A stretch of 64,000 bases of DNA, taken from NCBI GenBank assembly GCA_963818965.1, contig CAWFUG010000009.1:416001-480000 (forward strand). The letters are read 5' to 3'. The notes under the pieces were generated by a model. The model worked only from the letters and a program-made list of their open reading frames with translations, made no database searches and was not told the origin of the DNA. The position numbers and the translations under genes are program-made. This stretch comes from an uncultured Verrucomicrobiae bacterium (GTDB lineage Bacteria > Chlamydiota > Chlamydiia > Chlamydiales > Rhabdochlamydiaceae). This document shows positions 50,037-59,637 of the stretch, piece by piece. Every line of letters begins with the position of its first letter. Position 1 is the stretch's first letter.

Positions 50037-51522
50037 ATGCTGCCGACAGAAAATAGGCTTTGTTTAATTCCTGGTCAAACATTCGATGAGGTATTGGGGA
50101 CTCTCGGCTCATTGATCGAAGCTTCTCTTGAAAGAGAAAATTGCGAGGAGATTGAAAATTATGTTCAGCGGTTTCTGCGCACTTCTGGAAGATCCTGATG
50201 CAGATATGCTGGATTTATCCTATCGAGGGATAAATGAGGGGATAAGGAAACTACCCCTTGAGCTGTTTAATATCCCTAACATTGAGAAAATTACATCCCT
50301 CGACCTGTCTCACAACGAATTAACAACGCTACCCACTGAGATCGGGAATTTAAAAAATTTGGTTATGTTTTACTTGTGTGGGAACCGGCTTAAAGCGCTA
50401 CCCAGCGAGATCGGAAAATTAAGTAATTTGGTCACGCTATTCTTGTCTCAAAATCAGCTGAAAGAGCTACCAAACGAATTGTGGAAGCTAAATAATTTGC
50501 GTGTGCTCTCCCTGGCCGGTAATTCGTTAACAGTGTTGCCAACAGATGTGAATAATCTAGGCAATTTAGAGGTGCTCTATTTATTCCAAAATAGAGCAAC
50601 ACGGCTACCCCTTACCAAGTCTTGTGATACATCTGAGGATCTATCGACAGCGCTCGCTTTATGGGATGCTCCCCGTACAAGCGATTATCAGAAAATTGAG
50701 CGTCGCGTGCATGCACTTCTGGAAAATGCAGCTGAAAATAAACTGAATTTAAAAGGCGCAACATTAAGAGAGATACCTCCTAAGTTATTTAGCCTCTCTC
50801 AGCTCATTGAGCAAGTCACCATTCTCGATTTATCTAATAATAAACTAGCATGGATCCCAAGCGAGATCGGAAATCTCGTCCATTTGACTAAACTTTGTCT
50901 GAGGAAAAATAAGATAGCAGAACTCCCCAGAGAGCTCGGCAATCTAAGCAAATTGACTTGTATTGAAATAGACAACAATCCACTCGTAGAAGAGATCAAA
51001 GAGATCTGTTTAAACAGTTTTACCAAGTTATATCAAAAAGATGATCCGCTAATAGTGCTGCCGAATGGAATCTGGTTAAAATTACTTGCAAAAAACAACA
51101 AATGGATGAAAATAGAGCTCGGTAGCATAAAGGCTATGAAAGAATACCATGTTATTTGCTACACCCGCTTACCCAATCCTAAAATAAATCTACGAGGTGG
51201 CGTAACATTGCCACTAGTAGCGATCTCAGATCTGAGCTCTTTGGCTAAAGTTTATTGGTCGGAAAACCCACTCACAATGTTATCTGTCCAGCCCTGGATG
51301 CACCTACTTAAACGGTACTCGAAATACAAAATGGTTAAAGACGCAGTTGGTGGTCAGTGGGCTTTAAAAAAATACCACGTTGCTTTTCAGACTGCTTTGG
51401 AAATCTTCCCACAGGCAAGGGAACTCATGCCATTCTATCTTCCCTATGGTCTTAAGTGTACCCGTACCCAATTTACTGACTCAAGTTCCAGTTCAGATTC
51501 CAGCGATTCTTCCTCAGATTAG
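50037..51522 (+). CDS. Leucine-rich repeat protein; +1 frameshift near 50175
   Basis: LP.EIGNL.NL..L.L..N repeats. A frame from ATG 50037 (GAGG upstream) supplies an N-cap resembling the internal second module. Confidence 0.75.
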
Positions 51523-51538
51523 AGCGAATCCTAACGCT

Positions 51539-51949
51539 CTAATCTCGCAGGCTAATTACGATGCGGTTTAGAGCGTTCATGATCGCAATGCATGCTGTTA
51601 AATCAACGATTTCTCTTTCAGAATAGATTTGAGTTAGCTGTTCCCTAATTTTGCTTAAATCTTGGTTTAGATCAGTAATAGCTTCTGCCCATTGGAGAAC
51701 GATTTTTTCCTCTGAGGTGAAAGCGGTTGAGTTGTGCCATGCGGGAAGGAGGTCGAGTTTTTCTTGTTGTATCCCGAGCTTTCGCGCTTCATCCGTATGG
51801 AGACGACAACAATAAGCGCATCCGTTGATTTGTGAAACGCGCAATTCGGCCAAAATTCGAATGGTCGGACTTAGAGTGGATTTGTTTAAGCTGGCGCGGC
51901 TTTGGTACAAGAAGCTAATCGTTTCCTTGGAAATTTCAGCGTAATTCAT
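51539..51949 (-). CDS. Carboxymuconolactone decarboxylase / AhpD family protein
   Basis: LRVSQINGCAYC..LH, MNALNRI. Confidence 0.9.
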   Translation of the reverse strand: MNYAEISKETISFLYQSRASLNKSTLSPTIRILAELRVSQINGCAYCCRLHTDEARKLGIQQEKLDLLPAWHNSTAFTSEEKIVLQWAEAITDLNQDLSKIREQLTQIYSEREIVDLTACIAIMNALNRIVISLRD

Positions 51950-52000
51950 AGAAGAATGCCTCCAGATAAAAATTTATTATAAGAAAAAGACATTTTATAG

Positions 52001-52025
52001 AAAAGCCAGGTTTCTAAACCTGGCT
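52001..52025 (-). terminator. Intrinsic terminator after kynureninase
   Basis: AGCCAGGTTT-CT-AAACCTGGCT hairpin followed by TTT on the minus strand. Confidence 0.65.
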
Positions 52026-52041
52026 CGAATACATCTAAGGA

Positions 52042-53508
52042 TCAGTTGCAAATCTCCTTTAATGCGGCAGCAAAGTCTTCAACTTCTTGAAAGCTGATAT
52101 AGAGTGGATGAGGCATGACCCGGATATTTGCAGGGGGCCGTACATCGACGGAAAAGCCGCGGCGATTGAGTTCTTCCTCAATTTCTGCTGCTTGTCTGTT
52201 TGTATCTAGCTTGAACACCAACATAGCACCCCGCTCTTCAGGACTTAAGGGGGTGATCCATTCGATGGAATTCCCCAGGTGTTCTTTTAATTGTTTTATG
52301 AGGAATGCTGTGAGCTTTTCCGACTTCTCTTCTATTTGCGCAATGCCAAGGTCGTGATAGAGCTCTAGCATTGCCTGGGCATCGGCCATGGGGATAGGAG
52401 GCGGATTTCCTAGGCGAGTTCCTCTAGCATCTTGGTAAAAAATGGTGGGATCCCAACTGTGGATCGACTGGAATACGAGGTCTGAGCGCATCGCTTTCCA
52501 ACCTTGTGCTGGGAAGTAGTCGCGGAATGGGATATTGTCTTGGTGGATGAAATATCCGCCAACACCCCCTGCAGAAGCCGTCAGATATTTGTAGCCGCAC
52601 CATGTCGCATAGTCAACCCCATCTGCAGAGAGTTGTAGGCTTCGATTACCGATCATGTGAGCTAGGTCCCAGCCGATGCGGATACCGTGTTTTTTTAATA
52701 ATCGATTGGCTTCAGCTGTATAGAATCTCTGTCCTGTTGTAAAGGGAATCGCTTCTAGATGGGCTAAAGCGATTTCATGTCCCTGTTCTTCGAGAGTCTT
52801 TTGGAGGGTTTTTAAATCATACAGGCCATTTTCATCACTTTCCAACTCTACGACAAAAGCTTTTCTAAAGGCGATTGGATCTTCCGGGAGCTCTAATTCC
52901 ACTCCATTTTGTTTGAGTAAGTGGAGCTTTTGGCGCAGTACCGACATCACCACAGCCTGATCGGAAGCAAAACTGTGCTTCATGATGAGGATTTTGTAGC
53001 GGCCTGTTTTAAAGTTAGGGATATAGAATGCTTGGATCATCAAGGTGTTGTTTACGCTCAGACTATTGCCCATGACAATTTCATTAGCGGAAGCTCCGAC
53101 CATTTGCCCAAGGGCTTCTAACGCCTTGGCATTCCGATCACAGTCGAACCAATGACGACCGCGGTCGGCAATTCCTTCAGCAGCGGGGTGGGTGGCAGCA
53201 AAATGGCCTCCGAGGATTTGTCGATCCCTCACTTGATATTCATAGAGGACTCTTTCCACTGAGCCTTGATAAGTCGGGCCTAAAGAGTGTCCCCCTAAAT
53301 GGATGAGTCCTTCAGGGATATTAAAGAGGGATTTGATCTGGGATAATGGATCTTCTCGATCGAGTTGTGAGGCAGTTACGTTTAGTTCTGTGCTCGTCAG
53401 TGCTGTGGTGCAACATAGGTAGGTTAGAAGTATCGCTATTGATTTGATCATCGTTTGCAGTGCTCCATGGTGTTTTGGTATAGGTTCAGCTACAGGTGAA
53501 GAGAGCAA
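52042..53508 (-). CDS. kynU: Kynureninase-like PLP enzyme with hydrophobic N-terminal extension
   Basis: LDREDPL, GHSLGP, WDLAHMIGN, WCGYKYL (PLP Lys), DVRPP. Confidence 0.8.
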   Translation of the reverse strand: MLSSPVAEPIPKHHGALQTMIKSIAILLTYLCCTTALTSTELNVTASQLDREDPLSQIKSLFNIPEGLIHLGGHSLGPTYQGSVERVLYEYQVRDRQILGGHFAATHPAAEGIADRGRHWFDCDRNAKALEALGQMVGASANEIVMGNSLSVNNTLMIQAFYIPNFKTGRYKILIMKHSFASDQAVVMSVLRQKLHLLKQNGVELELPEDPIAFRKAFVVELESDENGLYDLKTLQKTLEEQGHEIALAHLEAIPFTTGQRFYTAEANRLLKKHGIRIGWDLAHMIGNRSLQLSADGVDYATWCGYKYLTASAGGVGGYFIHQDNIPFRDYFPAQGWKAMRSDLVFQSIHSWDPTIFYQDARGTRLGNPPPIPMADAQAMLELYHDLGIAQIEEKSEKLTAFLIKQLKEHLGNSIEWITPLSPEERGAMLVFKLDTNRQAAEIEEELNRRGFSVDVRPPANIRVMPHPLYISFQEVEDFAAALKEICN

Positions 53509-53565
53509 AATACCTCCATCTGTAACTGGGAGAAATATAACGTATCGTGGGTGAATCGGGATAGT

Positions 53566-54357
53566 TTAAAGCTGATGATCTAGACGGTCAAAGATAGACA
53601 AAGACTCTTCGAAAGCTCTGGGGGTCACGCACACTGAGCCTTCGAAGATATGGTCTAACGAAAAGACTAAGAACAGCATGAATGTGATATAGATGGTCAA
53701 AAGGGAGGTCATCAACATCTGCAATCGAAGGTTTTCCAGGCTGAAAAAGAACATAAAGCCGATTGTAATAATGCCGCCTAAAATCAGGATGGTCCACATC
53801 ATGCTGCTGAGATTTTCCCAGGAATAAAATTCTCTGGCCAGCCTCGCATTCATGAGGCAATCGAGTTTTGAGATTGTCTGTTTATACCAGATCTTGGTGC
53901 GCTCACTTTGTAGGTCGATCTCCCCGTAGCTTTTCCAAAGATCTTGCAAGATGGTATCTGCTTTTATACGGCGAGCCTCATCGCCGGGAAAACCCCATTC
54001 TCTGTGGATGACGTATTCCACATACTTTCTGATGTTCGCGCGGATGGCTGTTAAGCTGGCTTTGTCAAAGTAGGTGGCATCTCGGTAGAGGTCGGTCATG
54101 ATCGTAGCTTCCGTATACACGGTCTCGTCTGCTTTGTTGTAGCGATCTTGGACGTTGATTACAGTGAATCCGAGGATTACGCTATACAGAACTCCGATGA
54201 TACTAAAGAGATATCCCGCAACATCGTGGTGTTTGCGCAGCGTCACGTCTGAGACGTTTTTACGGATAATCCATAAAATAACGAGGGTTAAGAGTGTGAC
54301 GGGGATGATGATCAGGACGGATGGAAAGATCCAAGCAAAAGAGCCATGGGTGTGCAT
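53566..54357 (-). CDS. DUF4239 / bestrophin-like membrane protein
   Basis: HDVAG..FSIIGVLYSVILGFTV..V, LDHIFEG.V.V.P..F. Confidence 0.75.
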   Translation of the reverse strand: MHTHGSFAWIFPSVLIIIPVTLLTLVILWIIRKNVSDVTLRKHHDVAGYLFSIIGVLYSVILGFTVINVQDRYNKADETVYTEATIMTDLYRDATYFDKASLTAIRANIRKYVEYVIHREWGFPGDEARRIKADTILQDLWKSYGEIDLQSERTKIWYKQTISKLDCLMNARLAREFYSWENLSSMMWTILILGGIITIGFMFFFSLENLRLQMLMTSLLTIYITFMLFLVFSLDHIFEGSVCVTPRAFEESLSIFDRLDHQL

Positions 54358-54368
54358 ATATACCTATT

Positions 54369-54440
54369 TAGGGCCTGTCGTCACATGGGCTCAAAAGAAC
54401 CAGAAAATCGACAGAAGCTTAAGTTAATGACAGGCTCCTA
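54369..54440. repeat. Repeat family C (TAGGGCCTGTC ends), two-arm copy
   Basis: TAGGGCCTGTCGT...ATGACAGGCTCCTA; single arms at 2613, 24833, 57979, 58080 and 60710-60722. Confidence 0.7.
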
Positions 54441-54511
54441 GATCCAGGGTATAGAAAAAAGAGGGATTTTTGACCAGCGGGCTTTTTGATCGTAGAGCGC
54501 TTAGAGCTTTT

Positions 54512-55504
54512 CTATACCTTATCTCGGCTAGGAGGGGCCATAAATTCTGGTCCGATGGGAGAGGGGATTGTGTCCTGCAAAATCTGGTCGATTTCAATGA
54601 AGTCGGCTTCTTTTAATTTCCAGCCCCAAATGGTTTCTAAACCTTCCAGTTGGACAGAATTGCGGGCACCCCATAGCGCAACATTAATTCCCTTATCAAG
54701 GGCCCAGCGTACAGCGAGGGCAAGTAAAGGCTTTTGATACGCTTCTGAAGCCCACTGTTCTAATTTTTTTGCGCAACGAAGATAATTTGAATAGCGTGGC
54801 TCCACAAACTTTGGGTCTATTTTACGCAGGTCATCTCCCTTAAAATGCCTATTTTTATCCATTTTACCGCTTAAAAGCCCGCGACATAATGACCCATATC
54901 CTAAAGTAGCGACGCCTTTTTGAATGCAGTAGTTGAGTTGCATTTTTTCTATTTCCCTCTCAAAGAGGTTGAAAGGGGATTGAAGGGAATGAAGCGGGGC
55001 ATACTTTTGAAATTCGTCCATCTGTTCTACAGAAAAATTGCTGACTCCAATTGCGCCGATTTTCCCCTGATCTAATAGGTGTTTTAGAGCCTCTGCCGTC
55101 TCTGCAATCGGTGTCAATGGGTCGGGCCAATGAAGTTGATAGAGATCGATAAAGTCTACCCGGAGCCGTTTAAGAGATGCCTCGATTTCTTTGATCACAA
55201 CTTCTTTTCTCGCATCTCGATAAACTGCCTTGTTTTTCCAACTCATTCCTACCTTGGTGGCAATGACGATCTCTTCTCTTTTCCCATAGAGTTCAAGGGC
55301 CTTTCCTACAATTTCTTCAGAAACTCCAAACCCATAAACAGGGGCCGTATCTATTAAATTAATCCCAAGGTCCAATGCTTGATGGATGGTGGCGATTGCG
55401 TTTTTTTCATCCGTTCCTCCCCACATCCATCCCCCAATTGCCCAGGTTCCTAGGCCAACGCGTGAGATTTTTTTATCTAGATTAGGGATATAGGTAAAGT
55501 CCAT
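54512..55504 (-). CDS. Aldo/keto reductase (YhdN-like)
   Basis: GLGTWAIGGWMWGG, DTAPVYGFG.SEE, DLYQLHWPD. Confidence 0.9.
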   Translation of the reverse strand: MDFTYIPNLDKKISRVGLGTWAIGGWMWGGTDEKNAIATIHQALDLGINLIDTAPVYGFGVSEEIVGKALELYGKREEIVIATKVGMSWKNKAVYRDARKEVVIKEIEASLKRLRVDFIDLYQLHWPDPLTPIAETAEALKHLLDQGKIGAIGVSNFSVEQMDEFQKYAPLHSLQSPFNLFEREIEKMQLNYCIQKGVATLGYGSLCRGLLSGKMDKNRHFKGDDLRKIDPKFVEPRYSNYLRCAKKLEQWASEAYQKPLLALAVRWALDKGINVALWGARNSVQLEGLETIWGWKLKEADFIEIDQILQDTIPSPIGPEFMAPPSRDKV

Positions 55505-55641
55505 GAGATCTCCAAAAAGTAGTGGGTTATAGATTCGCCTGAACCCAATGCGCCATTGTTTTGATTAGGTTCTCTCTGATAGGCAGATAGGTAGTTGGGT
55601 TTTCTGGAAGATGGTCGAAATCATAATCCATTCTTCCTCTG

Positions 55642-55737
55642 CATATTAAAAAATTTCCTCTCTGTGGTTTTCCATCTCTGTAATGAAACTCAGCTATTTA
55701 TGCAATAACGCCATTCCTGACCGAGTTCAGTATAGCT
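55642..55737. repeat. Repeat family A, copy 6 (partial)
   Basis: TTTCCTCTCTGTGGTTTTCCATCTCTG...CAGCTATTTATGCAATAACGCC plus ATTCCTGACC module shared with copy 7. Confidence 0.85.
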
Positions 55738-55996
55738 TTTACTCAATCCGGGGCTTGGGCCGGACTCTAGGGCCCTTTCTTGGTTTTTTGGGATATACTG
55801 AACGGCAAAAAGAAAATCTAGGAGAATTTTTTAGCTTACTGCTCTCGGCATGAAAAATGGATTTTGGCGATGGAGGGGTGTTCTGAAAAAAAAGAAAAAT
55901 GGGTTGCGTGAAAGTTAAGATCGCGTTAAGGTTCGGTTTAGATTTAAGCGGATCCGTGTTTCCAAACCAAAACCAAACAAGCAAAAGGAGGTCTTT

Positions 55997-56608
55997 ATGA
56001 AAAACAGAAGGTATATGTCTATGATGACAGTTTGCCTGATGATTTTATCAGGAACGATGTACTGTAATGCTGGATGGGCAAAATCGGTTGAACATAAGGT
56101 AAAGGACTGGTTCCAAGATGCCTGGGACAGTCTTAAGAAAGGAGTGGATGACCTCGGAGATAATTTTGAGGATATCCAGGCTTATCTAGACGATTATGAT
56201 TGGAAAGGCATGATTGAACACAAGGCGACATCTGGACCAGCGATGTTGAAGCACCTGGAACTGAACGACAATGGCCGAGTCATTGTTGTGAAGCCAGGAG
56301 AAGAGATACATGCTGAAGTGAAATGCGAGCTAGACTCAGAAAAATGCTCGAATTTTGGTATGTACCGCGTCGTAGTGGGATTAAAAGATGACGGTCCTCA
56401 GGCAGTCCTCGGCAATGAACCTGGATTTGCCGCAGGAAAGAGCAGAGAAAAGTTCACCCTGGTTGCTCCAGAAAAACCTGGATTCTACCAAATCCGATTC
56501 AGAGCTGTGGATGCCTTTTTAAGGACAACAGCTAAGGATGCTTGGAAAGATGATGATGGGAATGAGCCCGATGCTAAAACAACGATTGGGATCATTTACG
56601 TGAAGTAA
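55997..56608 (+). CDS. Exported hypothetical protein
   Basis: AGGAGG RBS, signal peptide, amphipathic segment then an Ig-like beta-rich region. Confidence 0.7.
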   Translation: MKNRRYMSMMTVCLMILSGTMYCNAGWAKSVEHKVKDWFQDAWDSLKKGVDDLGDNFEDIQAYLDDYDWKGMIEHKATSGPAMLKHLELNDNGRVIVVKPGEEIHAEVKCELDSEKCSNFGMYRVVVGLKDDGPQAVLGNEPGFAAGKSREKFTLVAPEKPGFYQIRFRAVDAFLRTTAKDAWKDDDGNEPDAKTTIGIIYVK

Positions 56609-56626
56609 GGATGTCTGCCAATCTGT

Positions 56627-56658
56627 AAAAAAAGGCCAGGAATTTCCTGGCCTTTTTT
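56627..56658. terminator. Bidirectional intrinsic terminator
   Basis: A7-GGCCAGGAA-T-TTCCTGGCC-T6. Confidence 0.8.
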
Positions 56659-56700
56659 ATTTTACTCTTTGCCATAGGCGTGCAACGTTTTAGCTTGGGT

Positions 56701-57015
56701 TCAGGCCGCTTTGCGGTGGGTGCGCCTTTTGGCGATTCTGACCTTAGCCTTCACTCTTTTTAGCGGTTTTTTAGCCTTAGTTTTCATTAGGCGTTTCACT
56801 TTCTTCGCTGTCTCTGTCTTAAGAGCACTTTTAAGTGCTTGTCTCATGTGTTCTGGCACATGACCTAATTTTTTATATTGATGGACCAATTTTTTCTGGA
56901 GGTCTTTTCCTTTCTTCGTGCCAAATAGGAACGTTGCGGCAGCAGCAAGTGACCCACCGATGATGATCCCTTCGAATAAATCGACATAAGAATGGCTTGA
57001 TTTGACTTTAAACAT
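56701..57015 (-). CDS. YtxH-like protein with Lys/Arg-rich tail
   Basis: GIIIGGSLAAAATFLFGTKKGKDLQKKL; highly basic C-terminus. Confidence 0.7.
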   Translation of the reverse strand: MFKVKSSHSYVDLFEGIIIGGSLAAAATFLFGTKKGKDLQKKLVHQYKKLGHVPEHMRQALKSALKTETAKKVKRLMKTKAKKPLKRVKAKVRIAKRRTHRKAA

Positions 57016-57024
57016 ATTAAAAGC

Positions 57025-57315
57025 TCAACTTTTGATTTTTTTCCACAAACTAATTCCTGCAGCAATCCAATCGACGACTGCTCCTAGAGTATCTTCATTT
57101 TTATGCAACTTTTTCCCGAAATCCTTGACAGGACCAGGTTCCTCTATGTGGTGGCTCTCCAGAATTTCTCCCATGTTACTCATGACCTTTCCGACATGCT
57201 CCAACGAACTCTCTTTTTTTCGGACGGCTAAAAAAATAGCAAGAGCGCCCATTCCCACAAGTCCACCAATCAAAGCTCCTACTACGATTTTTGAGTCTGG
57301 ATCTGAATTTTTCAT
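57025..57315 (-). CDS. Small membrane-anchored protein (YtxH-like)
   Basis: IVVGALIGGLVGMGALAIF; in operon with the DUF948 gene. Confidence 0.65.
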   Translation of the reverse strand: MKNSDPDSKIVVGALIGGLVGMGALAIFLAVRKKESSLEHVGKVMSNMGEILESHHIEEPGPVKDFGKKLHKNEDTLGAVVDWIAAGISLWKKIKS

Positions 57316-57316
57316 C

Positions 57317-57679
57317 TTATTTCATCTCGTTTCTAATTTTATTAAACAGTCGAACCCCTTCTACTGCGCATTCCAAGAGTTCAGCTATTTTTTCATAACC
57401 CTTATGCCCCTCAGTTTTTTCTTTTTTTAGGTTATAAAGGGGGCGAAATAACACATCGAGTCCTTCTGATTTTTTCTTTATATCTACAACGAGCTTATTG
57501 GTATTGTGGAGGAGTTCTGCACTCGGTTCTGAAAGAGTGTGCACTAAACGATGGGTTTCGGTGAGAAGACGATCGGTTTTTTTCATGACCCGACGTAGCC
57601 TTTGCAAAGTCATAATCAAAAAAATGACTAGCAGGATAAAAGCGAGCCCCACTACTCCCACAATAATTTCCATGACCAT
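57317..57679 (-). CDS. DUF948 (YtxG-like) membrane-anchored coiled-coil protein
   Basis: N-terminal TM LAFILLVIFLIMTL, LLHNTNKLV.DIK.K. Confidence 0.7.
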   Translation of the reverse strand: MVMEIIVGVVGLAFILLVIFLIMTLQRLRRVMKKTDRLLTETHRLVHTLSEPSAELLHNTNKLVVDIKKKSEGLDVLFRPLYNLKKEKTEGHKGYEKIAELLECAVEGVRLFNKIRNEMK

Positions 57680-58202
57680 GTGTGTTACTCTGTCTGTCTG
57701 TTAAATACAACTTAAACTATTATTGCATTAATTTAAATAGTTATATATTTTATTTCTACCTTTAATTTGTTATTATAAGTTGTTTAGGTTATTTAAATCT
57801 TTTAAACTCCAAGCAGGCGGTTAGGCATGGTTTTTTCTGTAAATGCTTTACAATAAAGATTTTAAGCATTAACAGCAGCAGCGCAAGAGGGACACCTGTG
57901 GGAGGCTATGGAGGCTTCGGAGCGGGGGGGATGAGACAATGAGCGCTCCAGCAGGAGGCGGGGGTATTTCTCTAGCATTAGAGCCTGTCTACAATCTTGG
58001 CCCCTATCGTTTGTGGGTGGAAAGATAGATTCAAAATTTTTGTGGAGTAAAGAATGAGAGTTTCTGGTATCTTATGGCTTAGGGCCTGTCTATAATCTCG
58101 GCTATTTTGGTTTTCGTGTCTTTTAATTTTGGCCTCAAGCGCTCGGGGTATAGTTCGGTAGATAACTTTTTCGATACAGTTTTTAAGGGAAGCAGGGTAC
58201 TT

Positions 58203-59363
58203 ATGATTTCATATATGAAAAAACCAAACTTTGAGTGGATTATCTTTACCTACATTGTTGGGTATCACCTAGCGCTTATCATTGGGTTGCCTTTCTTTTT
58301 TATGAAACATAGCCCTTCCTGGGGGCTGTGGGTTGCTTCGGCGGTTCTTTTTTATGTCTCGGGAATTAGCGTGACGGCAGGTTATCATAGGCTCTATTCC
58401 CACCTCGCTTACAAGACTAACAAGGGTGTTGAAGCTGTCTTATTATTTTTTGCGACGATTGCCACCCAAGGGAGTGCTCTAAAGTGGTCGTGCGATCACC
58501 GCAGACACCACGCCTTTGTCGACACCGATCGAGACCCCTATTCCATCAATAAAGGCTTTTGGTTCGCTCATATCCTGTGGCTTTTTGAGAAGACGGAACC
58601 GATCGATCCGAAGGTCGTCGCCGATCTCTATAAAAATCGTCTGGTGATGTTCCAACACAAATATTATGCTTTCCTAATGGTCCTGACGAATCTTATGGCT
58701 GTCCTTTTCATAGGATATCTATTCAATGATTATCTGAGCGCATTTGTAATTGGTTGGGGGGTCCGCCTCTTCTTTTCTCACCACACGACGTGGTTTATTA
58801 ATTCTCTTGCCCACACTTGGGGGTCTAAACCCTTTAGTCAGGAACATACGGCTGTTAATAACTATGTTCTTTCCCTAGCGACTTTTGGCGAAGGCTATCA
58901 CAACTATCACCATACATTTGCACATGATTACCGTAATGGGACCCGCTGGTACCATTTTGATCCTACTAAATGGATGATCTGGATTCTGCATAAGTCGCGC
59001 TTGGCTTATGGGCTCCGACGAGTCAATACGATGCAGATTAAAGAACGGATTGTGACCGAGCGTAAGAGAGAGCTCATTGCCACCATGCGCAAATTCTTAT
59101 CGACGAATAGTTCATTGATCGAGGAAAAAATTGAACAAAAGACCAATGAGTTTCTAGCTCACTGTTCTCAGCTGAATCAGCTGCTCAAAGAATATCAAAT
59201 CCGCAAACAAGAAAAATTGATCGATAAGCACCTTTTAAAGAAGCTCAGTCTTGAAATTAGAACCATGAAAAAGCACCTCAGGCTCATCTGGAAAGACTGG
59301 AAAAGAACATCTAAAGAGGCGTTTTCAATTTTGAAAGTAGAGGCACGCATTCAGAACTTTTGA
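58203..59363 (+). CDS. Delta-9 type membrane fatty-acid desaturase
   Basis: His boxes HRLYSH, HRRHH, GEGYHNYHH; INSLAH. Confidence 0.93.
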   Translation: MISYMKKPNFEWIIFTYIVGYHLALIIGLPFFFMKHSPSWGLWVASAVLFYVSGISVTAGYHRLYSHLAYKTNKGVEAVLLFFATIATQGSALKWSCDHRRHHAFVDTDRDPYSINKGFWFAHILWLFEKTEPIDPKVVADLYKNRLVMFQHKYYAFLMVLTNLMAVLFIGYLFNDYLSAFVIGWGVRLFFSHHTTWFINSLAHTWGSKPFSQEHTAVNNYVLSLATFGEGYHNYHHTFAHDYRNGTRWYHFDPTKWMIWILHKSRLAYGLRRVNTMQIKERIVTERKRELIATMRKFLSTNSSLIEEKIEQKTNEFLAHCSQLNQLLKEYQIRKQEKLIDKHLLKKLSLEIRTMKKHLRLIWKDWKRTSKEAFSILKVEARIQNF

Positions 59364-59364
59364 C

Positions 59365-59569
59365 GGCGTTGTTGCGTAATTCCTGACCGGGCGCAGTATA
59401 GCTCCCCACCATTCCATTCTGAATATATGCAATCTCACCACAGAGAGGAAATTCTTTAATATGAATTTTCCCTCTGTGGTTTTCCATCTCTGTGGTTATA
59501 CCCCGCGCGCTCAAATGCACCATTCTTAAGCGCGCGGGGTATAAATTCAGCTATTTATGCAACAACACC
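59365..59569. repeat. Repeat family A, copy 7, with ends GGCGTTGTTGC...GCAACAACACC and a nested family-D palindrome
   Basis: Nested TTATACCCCGCGCGCT-17nt-AGCGCGCGGGGTATAA at 59496-59544. Confidence 0.9.
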
Positions 59570-59637
59570 CTTTTGACTGGAGAAAATTTAATGGTTGTCT
59601 TATGACTGAATCATAGGAATTCTTTATCCAGTATTAG

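Noticed and set aside
55528..55632. 34-codon minus-strand ORF (MDYDFDHLPENP...WVQANL) next to repeat A
   Set aside because: Too short to support; might be a gene remnant.
57870..57965. GC-rich patch encoding GGYGGFGAGG
   Set aside because: Possibly a relic of a Gly-rich autotransporter, but no sustained ORF.
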